A DNA stretch of 64,000 bases from Chrysemys picta bellii (taxonomy: Eukaryota): positions 163,246,001 through 163,310,000 of the forward strand of contig NC_088793.1 in the NCBI RefSeq assembly GCF_011386835.1, in the 5' to 3' direction. The position numbers and the translations under genes were made by a program. The notes beneath the pieces are model-generated. The model was not told the DNA's origin. It saw only the letters and a list, made by a program, of their open reading frames with translations, and ran no database searches. Positions 12,691 to 22,900 of this stretch are shown here, one piece after another (position 1 is the first letter of the stretch; each line of letters begins with the position of its first letter).

Positions 12691-13937
12691 TAGTCCGTTC
12701 TCAGCTATGTTGGTATAAATCTGAAGCAGTTGCACTGATTTCAGTGGAGTTGCTTTGGATAGACACTGGTACACCTGAGATGAGAATCTGGCCTGGAAAG
12801 TTTACTTGTCTGGTCCTTTGTGATACAGGGGACTTGCTGCTAAGTACCTGCTGTCTTTACCTGCTCATTTCTGCGAGGTACTGAGCACCATCTGTTTCCA
12901 CTTAAGTGTTGGAGTTGAGGGCACTCAGCACCTCAGAACACTGAGCCCCACAAGCCTTTTGTACCACCCAGAAATTACCTTGGAAGCTCTCAAAATTCTC
13001 ATTAAAATCCCATTGTTTACTTTCACATCCATACACTCACATGTAACTCCCCCTCCCCCCTGCAAAAAAACCCCAACATGTTAAAAATCAGGGTTATTGG
13101 TTTTTTAAAACCTGAAAATCAAGGAATCCGTATCACTCATGATGGGGATGACACAGCTGCAGCCCTAATGATGATGTACCAACGACTGAAACAGTAGGGA
13201 CAGCTAAAATGAGCACTCTTTTCTCTTTGCAAGTTTAACGGTATTCCATCTGGGTGCTGTGCTGAAATATGTGATATGTGATTGTAGAATCTGCCAAAGA
13301 TTCTGCATTGGTGCTCACTTCTTCCTTCACTGCTGCATAAGTGTTTATTACCAATCATTTTATAGCATTGCTAGTGCTCTATGATTGTCACTGCCCTGGT
13401 TCCATGACAGAAACAGCAACTTCTCCATTTTTTCCCATAAACAGTCAGATGGCCAGATCCTCAGCTGGTATAAATTGGCACGGCTCCAGTGACTTCACTA
13501 GAGCCACGCCAACTTTCACCAGCTGCAGATCTGGTTCCCAGGCTGTCACCCTGACCAGCAGCTACTGAACAAGCCTCTTCCATGAATGCATGCAGCCTTG
13601 CAAATTTGTCTGTTTGTGTCTAGTATAACAGCATATGGGATTTTGAATGGGTTTAATTAGTTAAATATGATTAAATATAGTTAACATCTATTTTATAATA
13701 AAGCATTTTTTACTTTTCTCACAATTTCCCATGATACACAACTTAATTAAAATATTTTGCTGTTATTTTCCTTTTTTCTTTAAACTACTAGAATTAATTC
13801 TGTTAGAGTCCTAGCGATGTAAAAATCTGGCCCATTTTTTTAACACCCTGAGATGGACCATTTCACATCGGCACCAAAGGCAAATTTACGATGGGAAGTT
13901 CCTTGCCAACATTCCAAACTGATGAATACAGCTATGG

Positions 13938-14141
13938 TTTGTTTGCAGTGTTGTTGTAGCCATGTTGGTCGCAGAATATGAGAGACAAGGTGGGTGAGAT
14001 AATATCTTTTACTGGACCAACTACTGTTGGTGAAAGAGATGGGTCTGACCTGAAGAAGAGCTCTGTGGAGCTCAAAAACTTGTCTCTTTCACCAACCCAA
14101 GTTGGTCCAGTAAAAGATATTACCTTACCCATCTTGTCTTG
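13938..14141 (+). mobile_element. Penelope-like element terminal remnant with inverted duplication and degenerate hammerhead
   Basis: About 60-bp inverted arms (13980-14039 / 14082-14141); GAC-CTGAAGA-A-GAGC..GCTC-AAAA-ACTT-GTC core; 9-bp TSD CAGCTATGG (13929-13937 / 14142-14150). Confidence 0.75.
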
Positions 14142-14894
14142 CAGCTATGGATTCTCAGTCAAACATTTCTTGTAACACTGACTATTAGGAAGCCTGAAAC
14201 GTAGAGTCAAATTTTCAGTAATGCACATACAGCATTTGCCGTCCATATCTAGGCTTATCCTTGAAAACACAGGTTTTTGTGCATGTCAGTGGATGAGCTT
14301 GCAAATTCTGTGGACTAGGAAGACTGGCTGAAAATTTAGCTCTTTACAATGGACTTTTACAATTGCTGAAGATAGAAAATATTGTACAGCCTTGCGAACA
14401 GCATGCCTGAGCAGAATATGCCTTTTGTTCTACTTGTTAGATCAGCTTGCCACTTCTGACTTTGACACAGAATCTCTTATTATCTGCCTATTAACCTTTT
14501 GTGGGATAGAAGGACAGCTTATTTTGCATCATGGACATCCACAGAAGTCCCATCAGTAGAAATCCTTGGGAGCTGTCTAGTGGGTGCTCTGGCCACACGA
14601 CCTCTCTAACTGGTCATACCCATTTGCTGTACCAGCTGGTTCTGATACTCCCTGGCGGAGTGGCAGTTTTGGAAAGCTTGCAGGGGCTTGTGCTTTAAAC
14701 TGGGAATGAGTCATGATCATGGAGTGCTATATCTGTACATGCAAGAACAATATACCTTTGCACATACAACACTAGTTACAAATCATTGTCTATTCTGATG
14801 TATGTGTCCTTCACAGTGTGATAGATATCAGGTCCTATTCTGTATTCGTGTTTTAGAGGCTATGTGCTAGTAGTTTCATAATTCAGAACAGCTG

Positions 14895-15396
14895 GGGCCA
14901 GATTGTGACAGAGCCATAGGCTGCTATGGACCCTATGTGACAGACGCTTATACCTAGGGTTACCAGATAGCAACTGTGAAAAAACGGAACAGGGGTGGAG
15001 GGTAATAGGCGCCTACATTAAAAAAAAAGTCCCCAAAAAACAGGACTGTCCCTTTAAAAACGGGACATCTGGTCACCCTACTTATGCCAACCCTATGTGC
15101 AAAGTCCTTCTTGGTAACCCACACAAGGCCTCGTCACAATTGCAATCCCCCCTGCGCCAAGGGAAATGCAAAGACGACTCCATCAGTGTGTCCCAAAGAG
15201 AGCAAGAGGAGGTGGGGAGCTGGTCTCTGCACTTGCATGTGGAATGAGCTGGCCATATTAGGGGGCATACCCTGAGCAGTCCCTGGGCACACCAAGCAGT
15301 TCAGGGAGGGAATCACTCACTGAGCTCCCGATGAGGTGGTGTAACATTGCACTGGGCTCATTCTTGGGCCAATGGCTAGATGCCACAATCTGGCCC
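14895..15396. mobile_element. MITE with GGGCCAGATTGTG ends (Harbinger-like), host of a nested hAT MITE
   Basis: 13-bp TIR at 14895-14907 / 15384-15396. Confidence 0.6.
14955..15080. mobile_element. hAT-Blackjack-type MITE
   Basis: TAGGGT(T/G)ACCAGAT ends; 8-bp TSD CTTATACC/CTTATGCC. Confidence 0.85.
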
Positions 15397-15494
15397 TCTG
15401 TAACCAACATCCAGCTTAATAGCTTGGTTTTCTATTTAAGTGAATTTTAGTGTTCAGGAATGATGCCAGATTGACTACTAGAAACTGGATTTAG

Positions 15495-15605
15495 AAGAAC
15501 CATCTCTAGAAGTGGAAACAAATCAGTCTCAGTACCAGTTTGGTCCTCAGCCTATCTGCCAAGAATATCAGAAAGAGTGCCAGTTAGTGCCAACTGGGAT
15601 AGTAG
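15495..15605 (-). mobile_element. LF-SINE-like fragment
   Basis: Reverse strand ttggcactaactggcactc...gcagataggctgaggac...gagactga...ctagagatggttc, collinear with the recalled LF-SINE consensus. Confidence 0.5.
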
Positions 15606-17139
15606 ACTTTGTCTACTATGAATGAGTCCAATACCATTACATTTATGTTGTATTACTACTTCCTGATGGCAATTTGGCAACTTTTATCATTATCAAACTG
15701 AGCAGCTTCTAATCTCTGTACAAATTCACTGAGCTATCCAGTTCTCCTAAGAACAGACTCTGTTCTTATCAAAGATGGGCCCAAACTGTGAAGTTTAGAT
15801 CTGACTCGCAACTTTTTCAGTTTGAGGAGGCTTGGATCCAGTATTTTGGTGGGGGTCCCAACTCTAATTCTGTACTATGATAAATAGTTGCTACAGCATC
15901 TGTACCATATTTTTTCACATAGTATTGCAGGAAGTGTAGAAGTCAAATAGCTAAGAAACATGCTTATGTATGTAAGATCAAATGCAATCCCACTCTCTCT
16001 GATTTACAGGTATGCTTATTCTGCATATGCATTAAAAATGCATGCATCTCATCCCCTACAGCTATAAACCAAAGTAAATTTGCATGACTCAGGGATTTCT
16101 TAATGCCTAGGTGTAAACTCCGGTTAGAGATGGTTATGGCCAAAGATTAAAACAAGACTATACTCTTTAGTATTAATACTATTGTTCTCATTTAATGCGT
16201 AATTCACACTATTGGTACAAAAAGAAAAAAAGCAGTCAGTGGTTTGTTATGGCGAGTGTTAGGCATTGGCCTTACCAGCATACCCCTCCAAAAGATTCTT
16301 CACTCATTTTATTGCATTGACTGTGTGCTGTGGTTGGTTAGGTTTGTTTGTCTGTATATGTTGTGCCATCATTTCATTGTCTTCGGTGGTCTCCTGGTGT
16401 TATTGACATCCATTTCAGCCATGTTTTCCCAATTTGTTCTTCTGTCCTTTCCCTCTCACATACAGGGCTGGCCCTGAGCACATGGATACCCTGCAGCTGC
16501 AGGTGGCTCCACTTCTTAGGGGTTCCTCATTGGGAACACAGCTTAAGATAAATCTAGTTGTCATGACCTCATGAACCATGCCAGGGTCTATTCAGTTGTT
16601 TGCAGGAAAGCATATGACCTCAGACCAGGCCCACTCATGTAGACCCCAAACTCCCATTGTCTTCACTGTTACTCTTGCTTGAGTCAGGCCAGAGAGCATA
16701 GCTGATACCTAAACTGCCCAACAGTAATATTTTGATTCTTTTTCGGAACCCTCTGTTTTACCTCTCCTCCATTACTCAGTGTAGAGAGAAGCTAATTTTC
16801 TTCCAGAAAGTAAGGCTGTATGTGGGAGAAGTATCGATAGGTGAAAATCCCTTCCCCTCACCTGTCAAGGTCTAGGGCTGCAGAGCAGAGCCCTGCCATG
16901 ACCATCAGTCAAGCTTATGGTTTAGGGTACCATCTGAAGGCCATCATTGCCTTTTGCATGGGATGTGGGGCCATTCAATCTGCTTAAATGTGGATCTCTG
17001 TCCACGCTCCAGTCTGCTCCCACTGTAGCATCAAAGCAGAGGAGAGACCCTTTTCACAGCATATAGTAGTGGCTCAGCTCCTCCATGCAGGCTGTGTTTT
17101 TGTTAGGAAAAAAAACTTGCATTCATAACTCAAGTTAGC

Positions 17140-17260
17140 TAACTATCCCAGAATGATTAGTCCAGTTCAGGTCCCTGCTCTGCCTGATTTGGAATTCAGA
17201 CTTGAACCTGCATCTCCCAGATTAATGCCTTAACCACTGGGCTACTGACTGTTCTGGGGT
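17140..17260 (-). mobile_element. tRNA-derived SINE head
   Basis: Reverse strand tagcccagtggttaagg (A box) ... ggttcaagtc (B box). Confidence 0.5.
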
Positions 17261-18307
17261 GGGTTTTTCTCCTCCCCCGAGTATTCGTGTTTTAGAGGCT
17301 ATGTTTTGTCAAAAAGAGTCCCTATCAGCTCTAGTCAGAATGACTTTTGAACAGTTTTCTGCTTAGCATTAAACTATAGGATATTTTGGTTAGACTCTCA
17401 TTTTCATAATGTTCCTATAAACCAGTTATGCTACAGGTGCCTGATTCTGATCTCACTCACACTGATTTTATACTGACATTACTGTACTGACTTCCGTGGA
17501 GTTCCTCCTGACTTAGAACTGTATGAGTTCTGAATCAGAACCTTATTCTTAAAGTGTCTTCTAAATGCCATATTAATTCTGCAACCCATTCTGTGGAAGT
17601 TTATTAGAAATTCCTCTTTAAGGTAATATGATTAACTTTTAATGGTGTTTCAGTTAGACCTACTGCTCTAAATGGAGCAGAGAATAAAGTAAAAATGGAT
17701 CCTGAGTATTTAAAAGGATATGGCCAATCTATTTTTCATAGTTTTAAAATGTTTTTTTTTGCTTTTGTTTCTCATAACCCATTGGACATTCTTGCAGTTA
17801 AGGACCTAAGACTGCTTCCAATGAAACCCAATGGCAAAACTTGTACTGGAATTCAAACAGGAGTAAGAATGGGCTCTATAAAATCTAATTGTTTTCCATT
17901 GTGGCATATACCTGGGTATGTTATTGTAGAGTTGATCATAAATCCATGGCTGCTATTAGTGATTTTAAGAAAATACATTATTTTGAGAAAGAAAAACCTG
18001 CAATGAATTAACTGGGCTTCATAAACAGATAAAAGAAAAGTCGGTCAAATATTGGGCTAAAATACCTTTAGAGTATCCCTTGAGACCCAGTCCTGCATTG
18101 TTTCCTTGTGCAGAACTGTCTGCCACTGAAGCCAGACTAAGTTTTACATGTGAACGGTCTGCAGGACTGGGCTAAGTGGAAAAGGGTTGAATTTAACTTC
18201 ATATTCTAATCACACTGGAGAAGACTTAGTAGGCCTACATTATGCACACATTTTTAAGCTATGCTCCTTTGACAACTGGGTAAACTGTCTGCTGTATGAC
18301 TCTATAG

Positions 18308-18609
18308 CAGGGGTTGGCAACGTTCGGCACGCGGCTCGCCAGGGTAAGCACCCTGGCGGGCCAGGCCAGTTTTATTTACCTGCTGATGTGGTAGGTTCGG
18401 CCGATCGCGGCCCCCGCTGGCCGCGGTTCGCCGTCCCGGGCCAGACGGGGGTGGCGAGAAGCCGCGGCCAGCACATCGCTCGCCCGTGCCGCTTCTCACC
18501 GCCCCCACTGGCCTGGGACGGCGAACCGCGGCCAGTGGGGGCCGCGATCGGCCAAACCTGCTGCGTCAGCAGGTAAATAAAACTGGCCCGTCCCGTCAGG
18601 GTGCTTACC
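18308..18609. mobile_element. hAT-Charlie-type MITE, internally palindromic, right end missing
   Basis: Left end CAGGGGTTGGCAA; long internal inverted repeat; CpG-rich. Confidence 0.75.
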
Positions 18610-19921
18610 AGCTAAATTCTTACTTGCAGAGTTAGACTGAATTCTCTGTTGTTGGTTTAGGAAAGGCCTGATTACTCATTTATTTTATGGAAATTTAATA
18701 TATTTTAAATACATAGACTTCTTTAAAGATACTTAATTTAAAAATTAGTTTGTAAATATTCACTCCCACAATCACAATCCATCCTTTCTTCTCACAGGGC
18801 TAGACAGTGAGAAGTGTTGAGCAACTGCAATTTACCTCTCAGGCAGCCATATCATGCCCTTAATTGTTAAGGAGAACTCTCCACTGCAATCAACTGGCAG
18901 TTCTGCTTAAAAACTGATGGCACACTATAGCCAAACATACAATATATTCAAATCCTTTAAGTAATGCATTCTGTTGCTCCAAGAAATGTTACATGCAGGA
19001 GAGTGTAGAAGTCTTATTTCAATCAGCAACAAAATGTTTTAAAAAAATAACAAATCACCAAACAAACAAAAAACAGATCCTGCAATTTTAGAGTCTGGCT
19101 ATATCCTACCATATTCTAAAAATTCTAGGTTTTCATTTAAAAAACCCAATTCTCTTTCTTTCAAATTGAAAGATACAGACATCACAATGTAAATCAATGT
19201 GGTGTTGCCCTATTAACCCAGCCTTGCAGAAAATTGTCCAGTCAAACAACAGCAGCAGGAAAAGTGGGAATTTACCTCTGCTTGACCCCATCTTCTCAAT
19301 AAAGTGCGAATGCCAACACCTAATTAGGACCATTTACGTGCTAATAACATGAAGCACAGACCATTTTTCCTTTTTTTCTTTACATATAAAAAACCCGGGA
19401 AATTAAATGGAAAGAAAAGTTTGTTAATCTAATCTTAAGGTTGCATAGCTGAAATCACAGGAATGCAAAAAGTAAAGTTCCAGCAATAACTTTACATCAG
19501 CCACATTGCTCACATGCAGTATTTGCGATTCCGGTTTTTCTGGTTAAATGTGACGCTTAGCATATTATGATTTATTATTAAAAGTAGGTAATAAAGCATA
19601 CAGGAAGGTGCAAATGAGCAGAGTTAGCTCTTCTGTAGGACCCTTCATTTTTGCATTCCCTGAATTCTGCGATTTGAGTGTGCAGATTTAATATGCATTA
19701 GCACAGTTTTGGTATTTAAGGTGTATGTGTGTGTAAAATAATTAGTCTTTAGTTCTATAGTGCAAAAACCTAAGTTACTGCTGAGGTTGCAAAGTTAGTG
19801 TCACTTCTGCAAACACTTAAGCATGTGAGTAACTTCACAGATGTGAGAAGTTGCTTGAGTTTAGTGTAACTACTTATGTGTCAAGTTGGTCCACCCTTAA
19901 AAGTTAGGTTGACATAACTAG

Positions 19922-20574
19922 GGCCTGGTCTGCACTACAGGGTTAGGTCGATGTAAGCTGCCTTGCATCAACCTCGCTGCGGAAGTGTCATCACTTAAAT
20001 TTGGCTCCAGCTGACATAAGTGCCTCTCTACACCAATTTAGTAACATAATCTCCCTGAGCAGCGCAGGGTCACGGTCGAGGTAATTAGGTTGACTCAGTG
20101 TCAATGTAGACACTGCGTTGCTTATGTCAACTGTTACTGGCCACCAGAAGCCATCCCACAATGTCCGACACTAACAATACAATCGATACAAGCGCTCCAG
20201 GTGAGCACGCACACCGTTGACACAAGGAGCCAAGTGTACACACACACGACCGATTTAATAACTGCAGTGGCTGTATGCCAACATAAGTTAGGTTCACACA
20301 ATTTTGGCCTTCATCGGTCAAGGGTGTCAAAAACCCTGACATAACTATGCCCACCTAGCCCCAGTGTAGACACAGCTGTCTCAACAGAAGAATGCTTCTG
20401 TTGATGTAGCTAGCTTCATTTGAGAGGTAGTGTTCCTACACCGATGGAAAACCCCCTTCTGTCACTGTAGGCTGCATCTACATTACAGGGTCATGCCTGC
20501 ATAGCTACGCTGACATAGCTATGCTGATATAATCACTGTAGTGTAGACACAGCCTAAGTGTTTTCAGGATGCAG
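19922..20574. mobile_element. PIF/Harbinger-like MITE (probably composite)
   Basis: Ends ggcctggtctgcactacag / ctgtagtgtagacacagcc, followed by TAA; internal additional gtgtagac ends. Confidence 0.65.
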
Positions 20575-20851
20575 CCTAAAACTTGCAAAAGTCAGAGAAT
20601 GAAAAGCTAAGCTTCTTGTTGCAACTTTAATCCATTCAGACTGCACATATTATGTGCATTAAGGCAAACACTAAACTGACTAAGTAGATTTTTTTTAAAA
20701 AGTACATATGTGCAGTGCGAGCAAATTGACTTTAATGGTAGTTGCAGGATTAAGCCTATCTATCTATATAAAACACTTTATTACATTTTCAGAAATAAAT
20801 AGTTTGGAAGCTTTGCAACAGATGTAGTGAAAGATAATCTTAAATAATAAT

Positions 20852-20961
20852 GACAGGTTTCAGAGTAGCATCCGAAGAAGTGGGCTGTAGTCCACGAAAG
20901 CTTATGCTCTAATAAATTTGTTAGTCTCTAAGGTGCCACAAGTACTCCTGTTCTTCTTTTT
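20852..20961 (+). mobile_element. Penelope-like element terminal insertion (110 bp)
   Basis: 12-bp TSD TTAAATAATAAT (20840-20851 / 20962-20973); terminal motif aagcttatgctctaataaatttgttagtctctaaggtgccacaag. Confidence 0.8.
20867..20908 (+). ncRNA. Minimal type-I hammerhead ribozyme motif (PLE-associated, core variant CCGAAGA)
   Basis: AGCAT / CCGAAGA-A / GTGG..CCAC / GAAA-GC-TT / ATGCT; stems I and II pair; palindromic AAGCTT stem III. Confidence 0.6.
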
Positions 20962-21749
20962 TTAAATAATAATATTTGAGGAAAATGTTGTTCAAGGCTT
21001 TTTTTTTTTTCGAGACACCATTATACTGGTGAATTTTAAAAGTATTGGTTATACCTTCCTTTCTGCCCTGCTGTGTTCACTCTAAAATGAACACTAGGCA
21101 ATCCCTAAATTTAATACTGTACCATATGGATACACTCAGCTGGGGGCTTTCCCCCTCCCCATCCTCCCAAGGAGCTCTGAAGCAAATTTCTGAGATACAG
21201 AAATATCCCTTGTGCAAGGCCTATACACTGTGTGTCTGCTAGAGGCAATTCAGACAGTGCAAAGCAAGAACATTATTGGACTAGCATTTCTGTTGCTCTT
21301 TCCCTTTGGCCCCCGATGGCTTAGAAAATGGCTTGTTTTCCTATGTGTGAGTGGGAGAAGCGTCCCGTTTGTTGTAGGAGGAATTTACTACCCAGCATCC
21401 GGGCTGGCTGAGGGTTCGCACCCCCTTTCCCCCACCCTTTTTTTTTTCCAGGTGGAACTTGGCGATGATCAGAAAAGAGCACGTTGGCACTGAATGTCAC
21501 CCTGAAGGTAAAATGAAAGACAAAAAGATGAACGCATGCTTGATTCCTTCACAGCAGCGAAAAACACACACAGCGACTCCATCAACGCAAATACAGCAGA
21601 GCCGTCCGCTAACGACCACCACCATATGATTATGTATTTCTATAGAAAGTGTCAATTCCCCCCCCCCCCAATGCATGCAAAGAAACGTGCACATACCAGG
21701 TAATGAGCCCAGGGAAAACCTGGCAGCTTCCCCCTTCTCCTGCCAAGTT

Positions 21750-22900
21750 ATCATTGAGAAAACAGACAGGCAGAGTGACGTCCTGGGTCAGACTGAGTGC
21801 GGATCGACTCTACCAAGGAAACAGGGAGGCCTCCGCATCCTCCGAGCACCCGCCGCTCCGTGGATCCCCTTAGAACCCGCCTCGCCCGGTGCAGAGCAGC
21901 CGCTTAGGGGGCCCCGGTGCCGCGGGGCAGCCCGCTGATCCCCTGGTCAGGGCATGGGGAAATGGCCTGGGCCTGCCTCGGGTAAGCCTCCCCCCTTCGC
22001 CGGCTGAGGTCGCGGGAGCCCAGTTAAAGGAGGCGTGTGTAAAGATTTTGCAATGTCCCTGCATGGTGTTGTAGACTTTCCTAGCAAAGAAACCGGCTTC
22101 GGCTTCTTTAAAATCCCCGACGACTCACCTGATTAACCTGCCTGCGGTTCTGACCTGACCAGGTAAACCGAGTCCCAACCTTACCATCATGCACATCTGC
22201 AGACTGACACCGCATCTGGGGCATGTTTTTGATTTGAGACTAGCAGCTGAGAGAAGCTCTATTACCTCCCCCCTTTCCACCTTCAGACCTTGTCAATTTC
22301 ACTTGCTTAGAGTCAGTCCCTTAAAAAAATAAAATAAAATAAAAATCACACAACAAAGCCCAGGCCCCAGGGATAATCGATTTTCAGCTCTTTGGCGTTT
22401 TTTAAAGACTATATTATATATAGATTGTTATTTTTTCTGCTGAGAGATCCAAACCCGGCAGGTTTTGTCCTGCTCTACCCTCCCTCCCCCCCCCCTTTCC
22501 CTTCTTTCCAAAGGACCAAGAGTGCTGTGAAAGTGACAAGGTTTTAACGAGCCGGAGTTAGGGGACAGGGTCCTTGGGGCGGCTTTTGCTTTTGCGAAAG
22601 GGGTAGGGGGACTTGACTTTACAGCTGTTGTCACTGTGTGTGGTGGCCGCTGCTGCCCCGAGTGTGTCTCGCAGCCTTCCTTAGCGCCCCTCGCAGGGAG
22701 CTCAGAAGTTCCGCGGTCCCCGGGCTTCCTGGCTCGCTGCTGCTTTGCTGTCTCGGTCCCCGGGTTGCCAAGAGCAGCCCCCATCGGCCCAACACGATGC
22801 AGTGGTTCCCTCTAGATTCAGCTTCGTTAGGCTCCTAAGGAAAGAGCGACGGACCCAGAGAGAGAGACGCTTCCCTTTCCTCCCCCCTCCCCTTCTTCTT
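21750..22900 (+). promoter_or_regulatory. CpG island-like promoter region of an unidentified gene
   Basis: High GC and CpG, no recognisable TE; donor G|GTAAGC at 21981/21982; GTGACGTC half-CRE near 21775. Confidence 0.55.

Noticed and set aside
22638-22838. ORF with a signal-peptide-like start (WWPLLPRVCL..)
   Set aside because: Starts at GTG, only 66 aa, in a CpG island, no recognisable homology
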